Shown here in pieces: positions 16,539-24,000 of a stretch of 24,000 nucleotides of DNA; position 1 is the first letter of the stretch, and each line of letters begins with the position of its first letter. This DNA is from Olsenella uli (GTDB lineage Bacteria > Actinomycetota > Coriobacteriia > Coriobacteriales > Atopobiaceae): assembly GCF_901212675.1 (NCBI RefSeq), contig NZ_CAAKOQ010000041.1, positions 30,375 to 54,374 of the forward strand. Direction: 5' to 3'. The notes under the pieces are model-generated. The model did no database searches and had not been told where the DNA came from. It was given only the letters and a program-made list of their open reading frames with translations. A program made the translations under genes and the position numbers.

Positions 16539-17137
16539 TACTCCTTGCCCTGGACCTGGTCCTTCTCCGGGGTGATGGAGTTGGAGATCGCCTTGTAGAC
16601 GCCCAGCGTGATGAGCGAGTTGAGGAACGTCTTGAGGAGGTTGAACGGAATGAGCGCCGGGACCACGAGCGGCAGCACCGCGTCGGGCGTGCCGTACCAG
16701 AAGGCCACGCCGATGGTGAGGTTGGCGACGACGGAGGCAACCGTGGCCACAACCATCGAGAGGACGAGGCCGCCGATGGCCGCCTTGTACGTGCGGCTCC
16801 GCGCGTAGATGATGGCCGCCGGCAGGATGTAGCCGAGCGTGGCGACGATGTTCATGAGCGAGCCGACCCACCCGCCGGTCAGAAGGCCGTGGAGCACGGT
16901 GATGAGCACGCCCACCGCGACGCCGGGGCCCGCGCCAAAGGCGAAGCCCGCCACCATGGCCGGGACGAGTGACGGGTCGTACGTGAGGAACGCCGCAGCC
17001 GGGAAGATCGGGAGTGCCACGAACGAGAAGATGGCACCGACGGCAACGAGGAGCGCCATGGTCACGAGTTGCCTCGTGCTCCACCTGTTCGTGTTCTCGA
17101 CGTGGATGTGTGCGGACTGCGCAGACTGTTCAGACAT
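16538..17137 (-). CDS. ribU: ECF transporter S component, riboflavin-specific (RibU) by riboswitch context
   Basis: Hydrophobic 199-aa protein of the ECF S-component type. Start set at ATG 17137 (MSEQSAQ...) because the upstream ATG at 17158 lies inside the conserved 3' end of the FMN riboswitch (GGAUGGAAGAG). Confidence 0.8.
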   Translation of the reverse strand: MSEQSAQSAHIHVENTNRWSTRQLVTMALLVAVGAIFSFVALPIFPAAAFLTYDPSLVPAMVAGFAFGAGPGVAVGVLITVLHGLLTGGWVGSLMNIVATLGYILPAAIIYARSRTYKAAIGGLVLSMVVATVASVVANLTIGVAFWYGTPDAVLPLVVPALIPFNLLKTFLNSLITLGVYKAISNSITPEKDQVQGKE

Positions 17138-17147
17138 GAGATCACCT

Positions 17148-17336
17148 GCCTCTTCCATCCGGACTTTGACCGTTGGTCCCGGACTCGAACCGGGTCAACC
17201 CTGCTGCGCGCCAGCGCAGACGGGCTCGCGGACTCGCCGGTTCCCGCACCACGTCCCTTTGACGTGGGCCCGCGGGCCCTGTGCCCGCGTCCGACCTACC
17301 GCCAGTGAGGAATTTCACCTCGCCCTGAAACAGCAA
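17148..17336 (-). promoter_or_regulatory. FMN riboswitch (RFN element)
   Basis: The minus strand reads ...CAGGGCGAGGUGAAAUUCCUCACUGGCGGUAGG...AGUCCGCGAGCCCG...GGGUUGACCCGGUUCGAGUCCGGGACCAACGGUCAAAGUCCGGAUGGAAGAGG. This matches the RFN consensus blocks GGUGAAAUUCC, GGCGGUA, CCGCGAGCC, GGUUGA..GGU and ACGGU.AAAGUCCGGAUG..AGA, with a long GC-rich variable stem. No terminator follows, so SD sequestration is likely. Confidence 0.9.
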
Positions 17337-17341
17337 CGCGG

Positions 17342-17370
17342 ATGATAGCACTCCGCGCGGGCACGCACAA
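17342..17370 (-). promoter_or_regulatory. Candidate promoter of the FMN-riboswitch / ribU operon
   Basis: The minus strand reads TTGTGC, 17-nt spacer, TATCAT. This places a TSS a few nt before the first riboswitch helix. Confidence 0.4.
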
Positions 17371-17407
17371 AGAGAAAGGGAGCCGAGGCCACGTGGCCCC
17401 GGCTCCC
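17369..17407 (-). terminator. Rho-independent terminator of the Fe-ADH gene
   Basis: The minus strand reads GGGAGCCGGGGCCACGTGGCCTCGGCTCCC followed by TTTCTCTTT, about 60 nt after the adh stop. Confidence 0.75.
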
Positions 17408-17466
17408 TGCCGAGTCTTGCATGTCGGGCGGCACGGCCGCCCGCGGTGCGCGTTGGCGCGGCTGGC

Positions 17467-18681
17467 CTAGAAGTCAGGCTGCTCGTCCTTGTAGACGCAC
17501 TCGAGCAGCTTCTCCATCTCCTCCTGCGTCGGCTGGCGCGGGTTCTCGGGGGTGCAGGCGTCGAGCAGCGCGTTCTTGGCGACCTCGGACTTCTTGGCCT
17601 CGAACTCGTCGTAGTCGATGATCGAGGCGTCGGACTTGACGCCGCCCTCGCCGTAGTTCTTGATGCCCTGCGGGATGTTGAGCTGGTCGTTCATGTGTCT
17701 GATCTCCTGAATCAGGTTGTCGATCAGCTGGTCGTCCGTGGTGCCCGGAAGGTGCAGAACCTCCTTGGCGACGTAGGCGTAGCGCTCGTGGGCACGGGCG
17801 TCCTTGGAGTTGAACTGGATGACCTTGCCAAGGTACATGGCGTTGGCGCAGCCGTGGATGATGTGGCCACCGGAGAACGCGGCACCCGTCTTGTGCGCCA
17901 TGGAGTGCACGATGCCAAGCAGGCCAGAGGAGAAGGCGATGCCGGCGATGCACTGGGCCTCGTGCATGTGCTGGCGAGCCTCGTGGTCACCGGCGTAGCT
18001 CTTGGGCAGCCACTCGTGAATCTCGCGGATGCCGTGCAGGGCGTTGGCGTCGGTGAACATGGAGGCGTACGTGGAGACGTAGGCCTCGATGCAGTGGGTC
18101 AGCGCGTCCATGCCGGTGTGCGCGCAGAGCTTCTGCGGCATGGAGTAGGTGAGCTCGGGGTCGACGATGGCGACGTCCGGGGTGATGTTGAAGTCGGCCA
18201 ACGGGTACTTGATGCCCTTCTGGTAGTCCGTGATGACGGAGAACGCGGTGACCTCGGTGGCCGTGCCGGACGTCGAGGAGATGGCGCAGAACTGGGCCTT
18301 CTTGCGCAGCTCCGGGAAGCTGAACGGCTGGATGATGTTGTCGAAGGACTCGTCGGGGTACTCGTAGAAGACCCACATGGCCTTGGCGGCGTCAATCGGC
18401 GAGCCACCGCCGATGGCGATGATCCAGTCGGGCTGGAACTCCTGCATGGCCTTGGCGCCCTTCATGACCGTCTCGATCGACGGGTCGGACTCGACGCCCT
18501 CGAACAGGCTGACCTCGAAGCCAGCGTCCTCGAGGTCCTTCTGGACGTCCTGCAGGAAGCCGCCGCGGCGCATGCTGTGACCGCCGGAGACGATGATGGC
18601 CTTCTTGCCCTTGAGGTTCTTGACCTCGTGACGAGCACCCTCGCCAAAGTACAGGTCACGCGGGTTGGTGAAACGTCCCAT
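17467..18681 (-). CDS. Iron-containing (group III) alcohol dehydrogenase
   Basis: 404 aa, SD GGAGGAA. Contains GGGSPIDAAKAMW, TTSGTATEVT-like SSTSGTATEVTAF, and the His-rich metal site HTGMDALTHCIEAY...GIVHSMAHKTG...HG. Resembles the ADH domain of AdhE. Confidence 0.88.
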   Translation of the reverse strand: MGRFTNPRDLYFGEGARHEVKNLKGKKAIIVSGGHSMRRGGFLQDVQKDLEDAGFEVSLFEGVESDPSIETVMKGAKAMQEFQPDWIIAIGGGSPIDAAKAMWVFYEYPDESFDNIIQPFSFPELRKKAQFCAISSTSGTATEVTAFSVITDYQKGIKYPLADFNITPDVAIVDPELTYSMPQKLCAHTGMDALTHCIEAYVSTYASMFTDANALHGIREIHEWLPKSYAGDHEARQHMHEAQCIAGIAFSSGLLGIVHSMAHKTGAAFSGGHIIHGCANAMYLGKVIQFNSKDARAHERYAYVAKEVLHLPGTTDDQLIDNLIQEIRHMNDQLNIPQGIKNYGEGGVKSDASIIDYDEFEAKKSEVAKNALLDACTPENPRQPTQEEMEKLLECVYKDEQPDF

Positions 18682-19092
18682 ACGAGTTCCTCCACATCAT
18701 TTGCGCCGGCAGCTAGGCCGACGAACTACCGGCGGCATATACCGTCAGCTCCCCGTTTGGCAGCCCCCTGTGGACGTGCCAGAAGCGCGCCGGCTCACAT
18801 TGCCCTGTCGCCTTGCTTCGCTCTAAATTGTATCCAGCGTGTTACAGACGCAGACGACCCAATCCGCAAGCGTGGAAAACCGACCGCCTACAGAATTTCA
18901 TGAGCTCTTGATTTACACGAGCGGTTGATCTTGCTCTGGTGGACATCTTGTCTCTCTAAGACATATGTCGCGAGACGGGCCGGCATCCTGGGTACGTACG
19001 CCAGCCGACGTGTGGCCTTACGCATGGGGGCGCCGAGCGAGCAGTCCCGCGCGACGCCCCCCGTAGTCCCCTCTTCCGGTTCCGCGACGGCC

Positions 19093-20250
19093 CTAGAGGT
19101 TGGCCTGCGCGATCGCCGCGACCGCCTGGCGCAGTACCTCGGGCGGCTGCACGAGCGCGATGCGCACGAAGCCCTCGCCGCCGGGGCCAAAGCTCGCGCC
19201 CGGCGTCACGATGACGCCCGCCCTCTCCATGAGCTCGAGCACGAAGGCCATGGAGTCCGTGCGACCGTGCGGCAGGCGCGCCCACACGAACATGGAGCCG
19301 TGCGCGTTGGGCCGCTCCCAGCCAATCGACTCGAGCCCGTCGCAGAGGGCGTCGCGCCGCTCCTGGTAGAGGTGCCCCTGGTCGACCACCTGGTCGCGCG
19401 GGCCCGTGAGTGCCGCGATGGCCGCGTGCTGGATGGGCAGGAACATGCCGTAGTCGAGCTGGCTGCGCAGCTTGTAGGTGGCAGCCACCACGTCCGGCCT
19501 GCCCACGAGGAAGCTGATGCGGGCGCCCGTGACGTTGAACGACTTGGAGAGGCTGAAGAACTCGACACCCACCTCGTCGGCACCGGGGTTGTTGAAGAAG
19601 CTGTGGCCCTCGACCCCGTCGAAGATGATGTCGCTGTAGGCGTTGTCGTGAACGATCAGCAGGTCATGGGCACGGGCGAACTCGACGATCTGGGCGTAGA
19701 CCTCCGGCGTGCCCACCGAGCCCACCGGGTTTGCCGGCAGCGACACCACCATGTACTTGGCACGGTCGGCCACCTCGGGGTCGATGCCGTCCACGTAGGG
19801 CAGGAAGTCGTGCTCGGCCGAGAGCGGGTAGAAGGCAAGCTTGGCCCCGACCATCACGGCCGAGGAGCGAAACAGCGGGTAGCACGGGTCGGGGACGAGC
19901 ACCGTGTCGCCCTCGTCGAGCAGCGCCAGCGCCAGGCGGCTCATGCCCTCCTGCGTGCCGTCGACGCTCATGACCATGTCGGGCGTGACAGTGACGCCGA
20001 AGCGGCTCTGGTAGTAGGAGCAGACGGCGTCCTTGAGCTCGGGAAGGTCCGAGATGGCATACTTCCAGTCGTTGGGGTCCTTCGCGGACGCCACGAGCGC
20101 GTCCATCACGTGCGCCGGCGGCTCGAAGTCCGGCGTGCCCACCGAGAGGTCGATGACCGTGCGATCCTGGGCCTCGAGCTCGTGCCTGCGGTGGTTGAGC
20201 GAGGCGAAGACCTCGTCGCCAAACTTGTCGAGTCGCTTCGAGAACTGCAT
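19093..20250 (-). CDS. Class I/II PLP-dependent aminotransferase (specificity not assignable)
   Basis: 385 aa, SD GGAGG. Contains the PLP-lysine motif SLSKSFNVTGARISF, LPANPVG and HDNAYSD. Confidence 0.8.
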   Translation of the reverse strand: MQFSKRLDKFGDEVFASLNHRRHELEAQDRTVIDLSVGTPDFEPPAHVMDALVASAKDPNDWKYAISDLPELKDAVCSYYQSRFGVTVTPDMVMSVDGTQEGMSRLALALLDEGDTVLVPDPCYPLFRSSAVMVGAKLAFYPLSAEHDFLPYVDGIDPEVADRAKYMVVSLPANPVGSVGTPEVYAQIVEFARAHDLLIVHDNAYSDIIFDGVEGHSFFNNPGADEVGVEFFSLSKSFNVTGARISFLVGRPDVVAATYKLRSQLDYGMFLPIQHAAIAALTGPRDQVVDQGHLYQERRDALCDGLESIGWERPNAHGSMFVWARLPHGRTDSMAFVLELMERAGVIVTPGASFGPGGEGFVRIALVQPPEVLRQAVAAIAQANL

Positions 20251-20261
20251 GCGTGCCTCCG

Positions 20262-20299
20262 GGAAGAAAGGGGCGCCCCGCCTGCACGGCGAGGCGCCC
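20262..20299 (-). terminator. Terminator-like hairpin downstream of gldA, abutting the aminotransferase SD
   Basis: The minus-strand RNA forms a 12-bp stem, GGGCGCCUCGCC-gugca-GGCGGGGCGCCC (one G.U pair), followed by CUUUCUUCCC and then directly GGAGGcacgcAUG. Confidence 0.55.
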
Positions 20300-20351
20300 G
20301 CATACGTGAATGGGCGTAATTGTACGACAGCGCGCGGACCTGGCCGAGCCG

Positions 20352-21461
20352 CTAGCAGCCCTCGGTGTTGTCACCCAGCACCTGGTGGCCCAGGGCGTCG
20401 GCAAGCACGATGGCGTCATAGAGCTCGTCGGGCGTGACGTCGCCGGCCATGTTGTGGATGGTCTCGCCCTCCACGCAGGAGTTCTTGGCGATGGTGCGGA
20501 CCTGCTCGTCGGCGGTGACGCCGATCTCGTCGAGCGTCACCGGCAGGCCCACGGACAGGCAGAAGTCCTGGACCTCCTTGAACTCGGCCGACGGGGCCTG
20601 CTCGACGAGCAGCTGCACGAGCGTACCGAACGCGACGCAGTTGCCGTGCGGGGCCGAGTGGCCGCCCAGCGAGGTGAGGCCGTTGTAGAAGGAGTGGGCC
20701 ACGGCCAGGCCACCGTTGTCGGCGCCCACGCCGGACAGGTACACGTTGGCCTCGATGACGGCATCGAGCTCGGGAGTCACGACGTGCTTCTCGGCCGCGA
20801 CGAGCGCCTGCGTGCCGTACTCGCGAAGCGTCTTGTAGCAGAGCTCGCAGAGCGCCATGGCGGAGCGGGTGATGCCGCCGAACTCAAGGGACAGCGAGTG
20901 CGTGCGGTCGCAGGCACGGGCCTCGAAGTAGGTGCCCAGGGCATCGCCCATGCCGGCCACGAGGAACGAGACGGGCGCATGGGCGATGACGTCGGAGTCG
21001 ATGATGACGGCCTCGGGGTTCTTGGGATAGAAGAGATACTTGTCGAACGAGCCGTCGTCGTTGTAGATCACAGACAGGCCGGTGCAGGGAGCGTCGGTGG
21101 CCGCGACGGTCGGCACGATGACCACCGGCAGCTTCTCGTAGTAGGCCGTGGCCTTGGCCGTGTCGCCGGCGGAGCCGCCACCCACGCCAACCACGACGTC
21201 GATGCCCTCGTCGGCGACGATCTTGCGCATCTTCTCGATCTCGCCGTTGGACGAGATGCCGCCGAAGATCTCGTAGCGACGCGTGGCGCCGGAGTCGCCG
21301 AAGCTCTTCTCGATCTTGTCGTGCGTGGCCTTGTAGCCGCTGTGCGAGCAGACGAACAGCCACTTCTTGCCGAGGAAGCCCAGCTCCTTCTCGAACTGGA
21401 GCAGGGCGTCCTTGCCCTGGACGTACTTCTGCGGAGCGCGCATGAGCTTGAGTGCTGCCAT
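20352..21461 (-). CDS. gldA: Glycerol dehydrogenase (GldA family, group III metal-dependent polyol dehydrogenase)
   Basis: ORF 20352..21764 trimmed to ATG 21461 (SD AAGGGAGAG). The 369-aa product MAALKLMRAPQKYVQGKDAL...VGVGGGSAGDTAKA...PTVAATDAPCTGLSVIY...HSFYNGLT...HG is typical of GldA. Confidence 0.85.
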   Translation of the reverse strand: MAALKLMRAPQKYVQGKDALLQFEKELGFLGKKWLFVCSHSGYKATHDKIEKSFGDSGATRRYEIFGGISSNGEIEKMRKIVADEGIDVVVGVGGGSAGDTAKATAYYEKLPVVIVPTVAATDAPCTGLSVIYNDDGSFDKYLFYPKNPEAVIIDSDVIAHAPVSFLVAGMGDALGTYFEARACDRTHSLSLEFGGITRSAMALCELCYKTLREYGTQALVAAEKHVVTPELDAVIEANVYLSGVGADNGGLAVAHSFYNGLTSLGGHSAPHGNCVAFGTLVQLLVEQAPSAEFKEVQDFCLSVGLPVTLDEIGVTADEQVRTIAKNSCVEGETIHNMAGDVTPDELYDAIVLADALGHQVLGDNTEGC

Positions 21462-21766
21462 AAAGACTCTCCCTTTGTCGTGGTCAAACCCCGGGCCAAG
21501 GCAGGCCCACCCCCTGTGGCCCCATCCAAGGAGCGAGGGTACCCATATGAGAAAGGTGACCGCCATCGAACGGTCGTCTTCTGCGAACGGTAGGTTTTTG
21601 CGTGCGAGCGGTACTTCTTGGAAAAGTGCTTGACAATGGGGCGTCGGAGCGGCGCGTATTGGGATGTCGCGACCGGTCCGCAACCCTGGAGCCCCTCTCG
21701 GCCCGCTCGTGGCCCTAGGCCGTCTCCAGGCCCGCCCGTAGTCCTGAGCCGTCCCCCGGGCCACCC

Positions 21767-22249
21767 CTACTCGAAGTCCCGCCTCGATCGAAGGGCCTTG
21801 CGCTCGCCGCGGATGTGCTTCGCCTTGAGCCGGCGCTCCTTCGAGCCCTTGGTAGGCTTGGTCTTCTTGCGTGGACGAGGCGGGTGGGCCCTCCGGGCGA
21901 ATATGTCGTGGAGCTTGGCCAAGCAGGTCTGTCGGTTCTGCAGCTGGCTGCGCGACTCGCGCGACACCACCGTGACGCCCGAGGGCACGTGGCGCATGCG
22001 CACGGCCGAGTCGGTCGTGTTGACGCCCTGGCCTCCCGGGCCCGTGGCACGGAAGACGTCCGTCACGCAGTCGCGGTAGATGCGCTCCGGCGACTGCTTG
22101 GCAAGCTCCGCGTACTCGCGCCAGCTGAGCTGCGGCGCAGTGGCCTTGTGCGTGGCCTCCCTCGCAGTACCCGGCGCACCCGCGCCTGACGCCGCCCCGC
22201 CGGCAGACGCCCTGCCGCCCACGGCCCCGCGTCCTCTTGCCTCGCCCAT
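21767..22249 (-). CDS. arfB: ArfB-like GGQ-domain peptidyl-tRNA hydrolase (alternative ribosome-rescue factor family)
   Basis: Start set at ATG 22249 (SD GGGAGG 5 nt upstream). Contains the GGQ motif FRATGPGGQGVNTTDSAVRMRHVPSG and ESRSQLQNR. The basic C-terminal tail PRKKTKPTKGSKERRLKAKHIRGERKALRSRRDFE resembles the ArfB/YaeJ tail. Confidence 0.75.
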   Translation of the reverse strand: MGEARGRGAVGGRASAGGAASGAGAPGTAREATHKATAPQLSWREYAELAKQSPERIYRDCVTDVFRATGPGGQGVNTTDSAVRMRHVPSGVTVVSRESRSQLQNRQTCLAKLHDIFARRAHPPRPRKKTKPTKGSKERRLKAKHIRGERKALRSRRDFE

Positions 22250-22299
22250 AGGCACCTCCCTTGCTCCCTACCGAGAGATTGTAGGGAGGTGCCTATGGG
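22245..22299 (-). promoter_or_regulatory. 17-bp perfect inverted repeat sequestering the arfB SD and AUG, with a competing 8-bp local hairpin
   Basis: CCCATAGGCACCTCCCT (22245-22261) is the exact reverse complement of AGGGAGGTGCCTATGGG (22283-22299), with a 21-nt loop. Within the loop, CTCCCTAC (22264-22271) pairs perfectly with GTAGGGAG (22281-22288). Confidence 0.7.
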
Positions 22300-22352
22300 A
22301 TGGTCTCGTCAATCGACGCGAGGCCTCGCGGCACGCGCCCGCCTCTGGAGGG

Positions 22353-23930
22353 CTAGGCGAGGGCCGCCGCCATGTCGGCCTCGGGGGTTGTCGTCGGGCG
22401 GATGCCGTAGGCGTCGACAAGCGTCTGGAGCACGCCCGGGGAGACGAAGGCGGGCAGCGTCGGGCCGAGGAAGATGCCCTTGATGCCGAGGTGCAGCAGC
22501 GTGAGCAGGATGGCGACCGCCTTCTGCTCGTACCAGGAGAGCACGAGCGTGAGCGGCAGGTCGTTCACGCCGCAGCCGAAGGCCTCGGCAAGTGCCGTCG
22601 CCACCACGAGCGCGCTGTAGGCGTCGTTGCACTGACCCATGTCGAGCAGGCGCGGAAGGCCCGTGTCGCCCAGCTCGCCGAGGTCGAGGTCGTTGAAGCG
22701 GAACTTGCCACAGGCCAGCGTGAGCACGATCGTGTCGGCGGGCGTGTTGCGCACGAAGTCCGTGTAGTAGTTGCGGCCGGGCTTGGGGCCGTCGCAACCG
22801 CCCACGAGGAAGATGTGGCGGAGCTTGCCGGCGCGGACGGCCTCGACCACCTTGTCGGCCACGCCAAGCACCGCGTCGTGCCCGAATCCCGTCGTGACGC
22901 TGCGACCGCCGTTCATGCCCTCCTGCTGGTGGAACTCGCCATATCCGCCCAGCTCGAGGGCCTTATCGATCACGGCTGAGAAGTCCTTGCGCCCATCCGC
23001 GGCCGCCTCGACGTGCGCACAGCCCTCGAAGCGCACCACGCCCGTCGTGAACACGCGGTCCTTGTAGCTGCCCCTGGGCGGCATGAGGCAGTTCGTGGTG
23101 AACAGTACGGGGGCCGGGATGGCGTCGAACTCGCGACGCTGGTTCTGCCAAGCCGTGCCGAAGTTGCCCTTGAGCTGCGGATGGGCCTTGAGCAGCGGAT
23201 AGGCGTGGGCGGGCAGCATCTCGCCGTGCGTGTAGACGTTGACGCCGCGGCCGTCGGTCTGCTCAAGCAGCTGCTCGAGGTCGCGCAGGTCGTGGCCGGT
23301 CACGACGATGAACGGGCCGGGCTCGATGCCAAGCTCGACGCACGTGGGAACCGGCTTGCCGTACGTGCCGGTGTTAGCGCCGTCGAGCAGGGCCATGCAG
23401 GAGAAGTTCTGCTCGCCCACCTCGAGCACGAGCGGCAACAGCTCGGAGGCGCCGGCATCGCTGCCGATTCCCGCGAGGGCGCGGCAGAAGAAGGAGGCGA
23501 GCTTGGGGTCGCGATAGTCGAGCACGGCCGCGTGGTGCGCGTAGGCCGCCATGCCGCGGATGCCGAACAGGACGAGCGACTTGAGCGAGCGCACATCCTC
23601 GGGCGCGTTCCAGAGCTCGTCCATGTCGTAGTCAGCGACCGCGACGCCGCGCTCGCTCGCGATGGAATCACGCTCGGCGTGGATGCGGTCGGTGAGTGCG
23701 CGGACGGCCGTAGGCTCGAAGTCGACGTTGGTCACGCAGGTGAACAGGCCGTCGAGCACGAGGTCGGACACGCGCCGGGAGGGCGCCTGGTCGCCGAGCG
23801 CGCGAGCGAGGCCAACGAGCGCGCCGGTGAGCTCGTCCTGCTCGCGCGCCGTGAGCGCCGACTTGCCGCACACGCCAGCGCTCGTGCAGCCGCCGCAGCC
23901 AGCCGTCTGTTCGCACTGGAAGCAGAACAT
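22353..23930 (-). CDS. hcp: Hybrid-cluster protein / hydroxylamine (NO) reductase Hcp
   Basis: Start placed at ATG 23930 so that the N-terminus is MFCFQCEQTAGCGGCTSAGVCGK (Cys3-X2-Cys6-X8-Cys15-X5-Cys21 spacing, as in class I Hcp). 525 aa. The frame stays open upstream to the window end, so the true start is uncertain. Confidence 0.85.
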   Translation of the reverse strand: MFCFQCEQTAGCGGCTSAGVCGKSALTAREQDELTGALVGLARALGDQAPSRRVSDLVLDGLFTCVTNVDFEPTAVRALTDRIHAERDSIASERGVAVADYDMDELWNAPEDVRSLKSLVLFGIRGMAAYAHHAAVLDYRDPKLASFFCRALAGIGSDAGASELLPLVLEVGEQNFSCMALLDGANTGTYGKPVPTCVELGIEPGPFIVVTGHDLRDLEQLLEQTDGRGVNVYTHGEMLPAHAYPLLKAHPQLKGNFGTAWQNQRREFDAIPAPVLFTTNCLMPPRGSYKDRVFTTGVVRFEGCAHVEAAADGRKDFSAVIDKALELGGYGEFHQQEGMNGGRSVTTGFGHDAVLGVADKVVEAVRAGKLRHIFLVGGCDGPKPGRNYYTDFVRNTPADTIVLTLACGKFRFNDLDLGELGDTGLPRLLDMGQCNDAYSALVVATALAEAFGCGVNDLPLTLVLSWYEQKAVAILLTLLHLGIKGIFLGPTLPAFVSPGVLQTLVDAYGIRPTTTPEADMAAALA

Positions 23931-24000
23931 CTTGCGGGCCTGGGCGGCCACCGCCTCGAGAACCCCCTCGTTTCCGACGGCACCCTCGCCGCTCGCGACG

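Noticed and set aside
14646-16598. 650-aa plus-strand ORF. The same reasoning applies to 17446-18903(+), 18925-20319(+), 20310-21593(+), 22080-22979(+), 3275-4393(+), 5416-6480(-), 6844-7989(-) and 13556-14863(-)
   Set aside because: All are mirror-frame shadows of motif-bearing genes on the opposite strand (ecfA, adh, aminotransferase, gldA, hcp, deoB, psuK, psuG, ecfT). They have compositionally biased translations and no ribosome-binding sites.
17138-17158. Upstream ATG (17158) as the ribU start, as in the ORF track (MEEAGDLMSEQ...)
   Set aside because: That ATG is part of the conserved GGAUGGAAGAG 3' segment of the FMN riboswitch. The downstream ATG at 17137 has AGGTGA at a suitable distance. 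The call remains uncertain without experimental data.
18682-19092. 410-bp adh-aminotransferase intergenic region inspected for ncRNA, riboswitch or Rex-type operator features
   Set aside because: It contains a lone TACAAT (minus strand, 18832-18827) without a convincing -35. It also has an imperfect hairpin (about 18943-18971) and TTGATxT half-repeats. Nothing matches a known RNA family or operator consensus that I can recognise by eye.
21629-21660. Perfect TTGACA on the plus strand in the gldA-arfB intergenic region
   Set aside because: No acceptable -10 box lies at 16-19 nt (the nearest T-A-rich hexamer is ~21 nt away). No plus-strand gene lies downstream. It is not reported as a promoter.
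22289-22483. Plus-strand 64-aa ORF preceded by an apparently perfect SD (AGGGAGGTGCCTATG)
   Set aside because: The SD and ATG are simply the mirror image of the arfB initiation region, created by the 17-bp inverted repeat. The ORF runs antisense into the 3' end of hcp and encodes an Arg-rich low-complexity peptide.
22353-23930. Possible functional link between hcp (nitrosative stress) and the YjjI radical enzyme
   Set aside because: The genes are ~12 kb apart, on opposite strands, and separated by unrelated operons. I have no firm recollection of literature connecting them. This is treated as coincidence.

Overview
This is a visibly GC-rich, densely coding chromosomal window. Gene content (glycyl-radical enzyme, Hcp, Fe-ADH, GldA, ECF transporter) suggests an anaerobic, high-GC Gram-positive organism, perhaps Coriobacteriia-like; that taxonomic guess is inference only. 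I support 21 protein genes, counting one gene truncated at the left edge. Most of the very long ORFs in the six-frame track are antisense 'shadow' ORFs or upstream over-extensions typical of high-GC DNA. Left third (1-10429): a nucleoside-utilisation locus. On the minus strand lie deoB, deoD, a BMP-family nucleoside-binding lipoprotein and an ABC ATPase. Across an unusually long (~1.3 kb) repeat-filled non-coding region, the plus strand carries an HTH-fused pseudouridine kinase (psuK), pseudouridine-5'-phosphate glycosidase (psuG), a YjjI-family glycyl-radical enzyme of unknown function and its YjjW radical-SAM activase. Middle: a stand-alone MurE-like ligase and a HAD phosphatase. They converge on an FMN-riboswitch-controlled operon, ribU / fused ecfA-ecfA' / ecfT / PNPOx-like flavoprotein. 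Right third (all minus strand): Fe-alcohol dehydrogenase, a class I/II aminotransferase, glycerol dehydrogenase, an ArfB-like GGQ peptidyl-tRNA hydrolase and hybrid-cluster protein Hcp. Best candidate for something new: the orphan YjjI/YjjW glycyl-radical pair wired into a pseudouridine/nucleoside catabolic gene string. This echoes the yjjWI-deoCABD adjacency in E. coli. Other items worth a look: three exactly 77-bp palindromic repeats plus iteron-like tandem repeats in the divergent control region, a large hairpin separating the radical enzyme from its activase, and a 17-bp perfect helix with an alternative decoy hairpin that buries the arfB SD and start codon. No CRISPR array, rRNA, tRNA, transposase or recognisable defence genes were seen.
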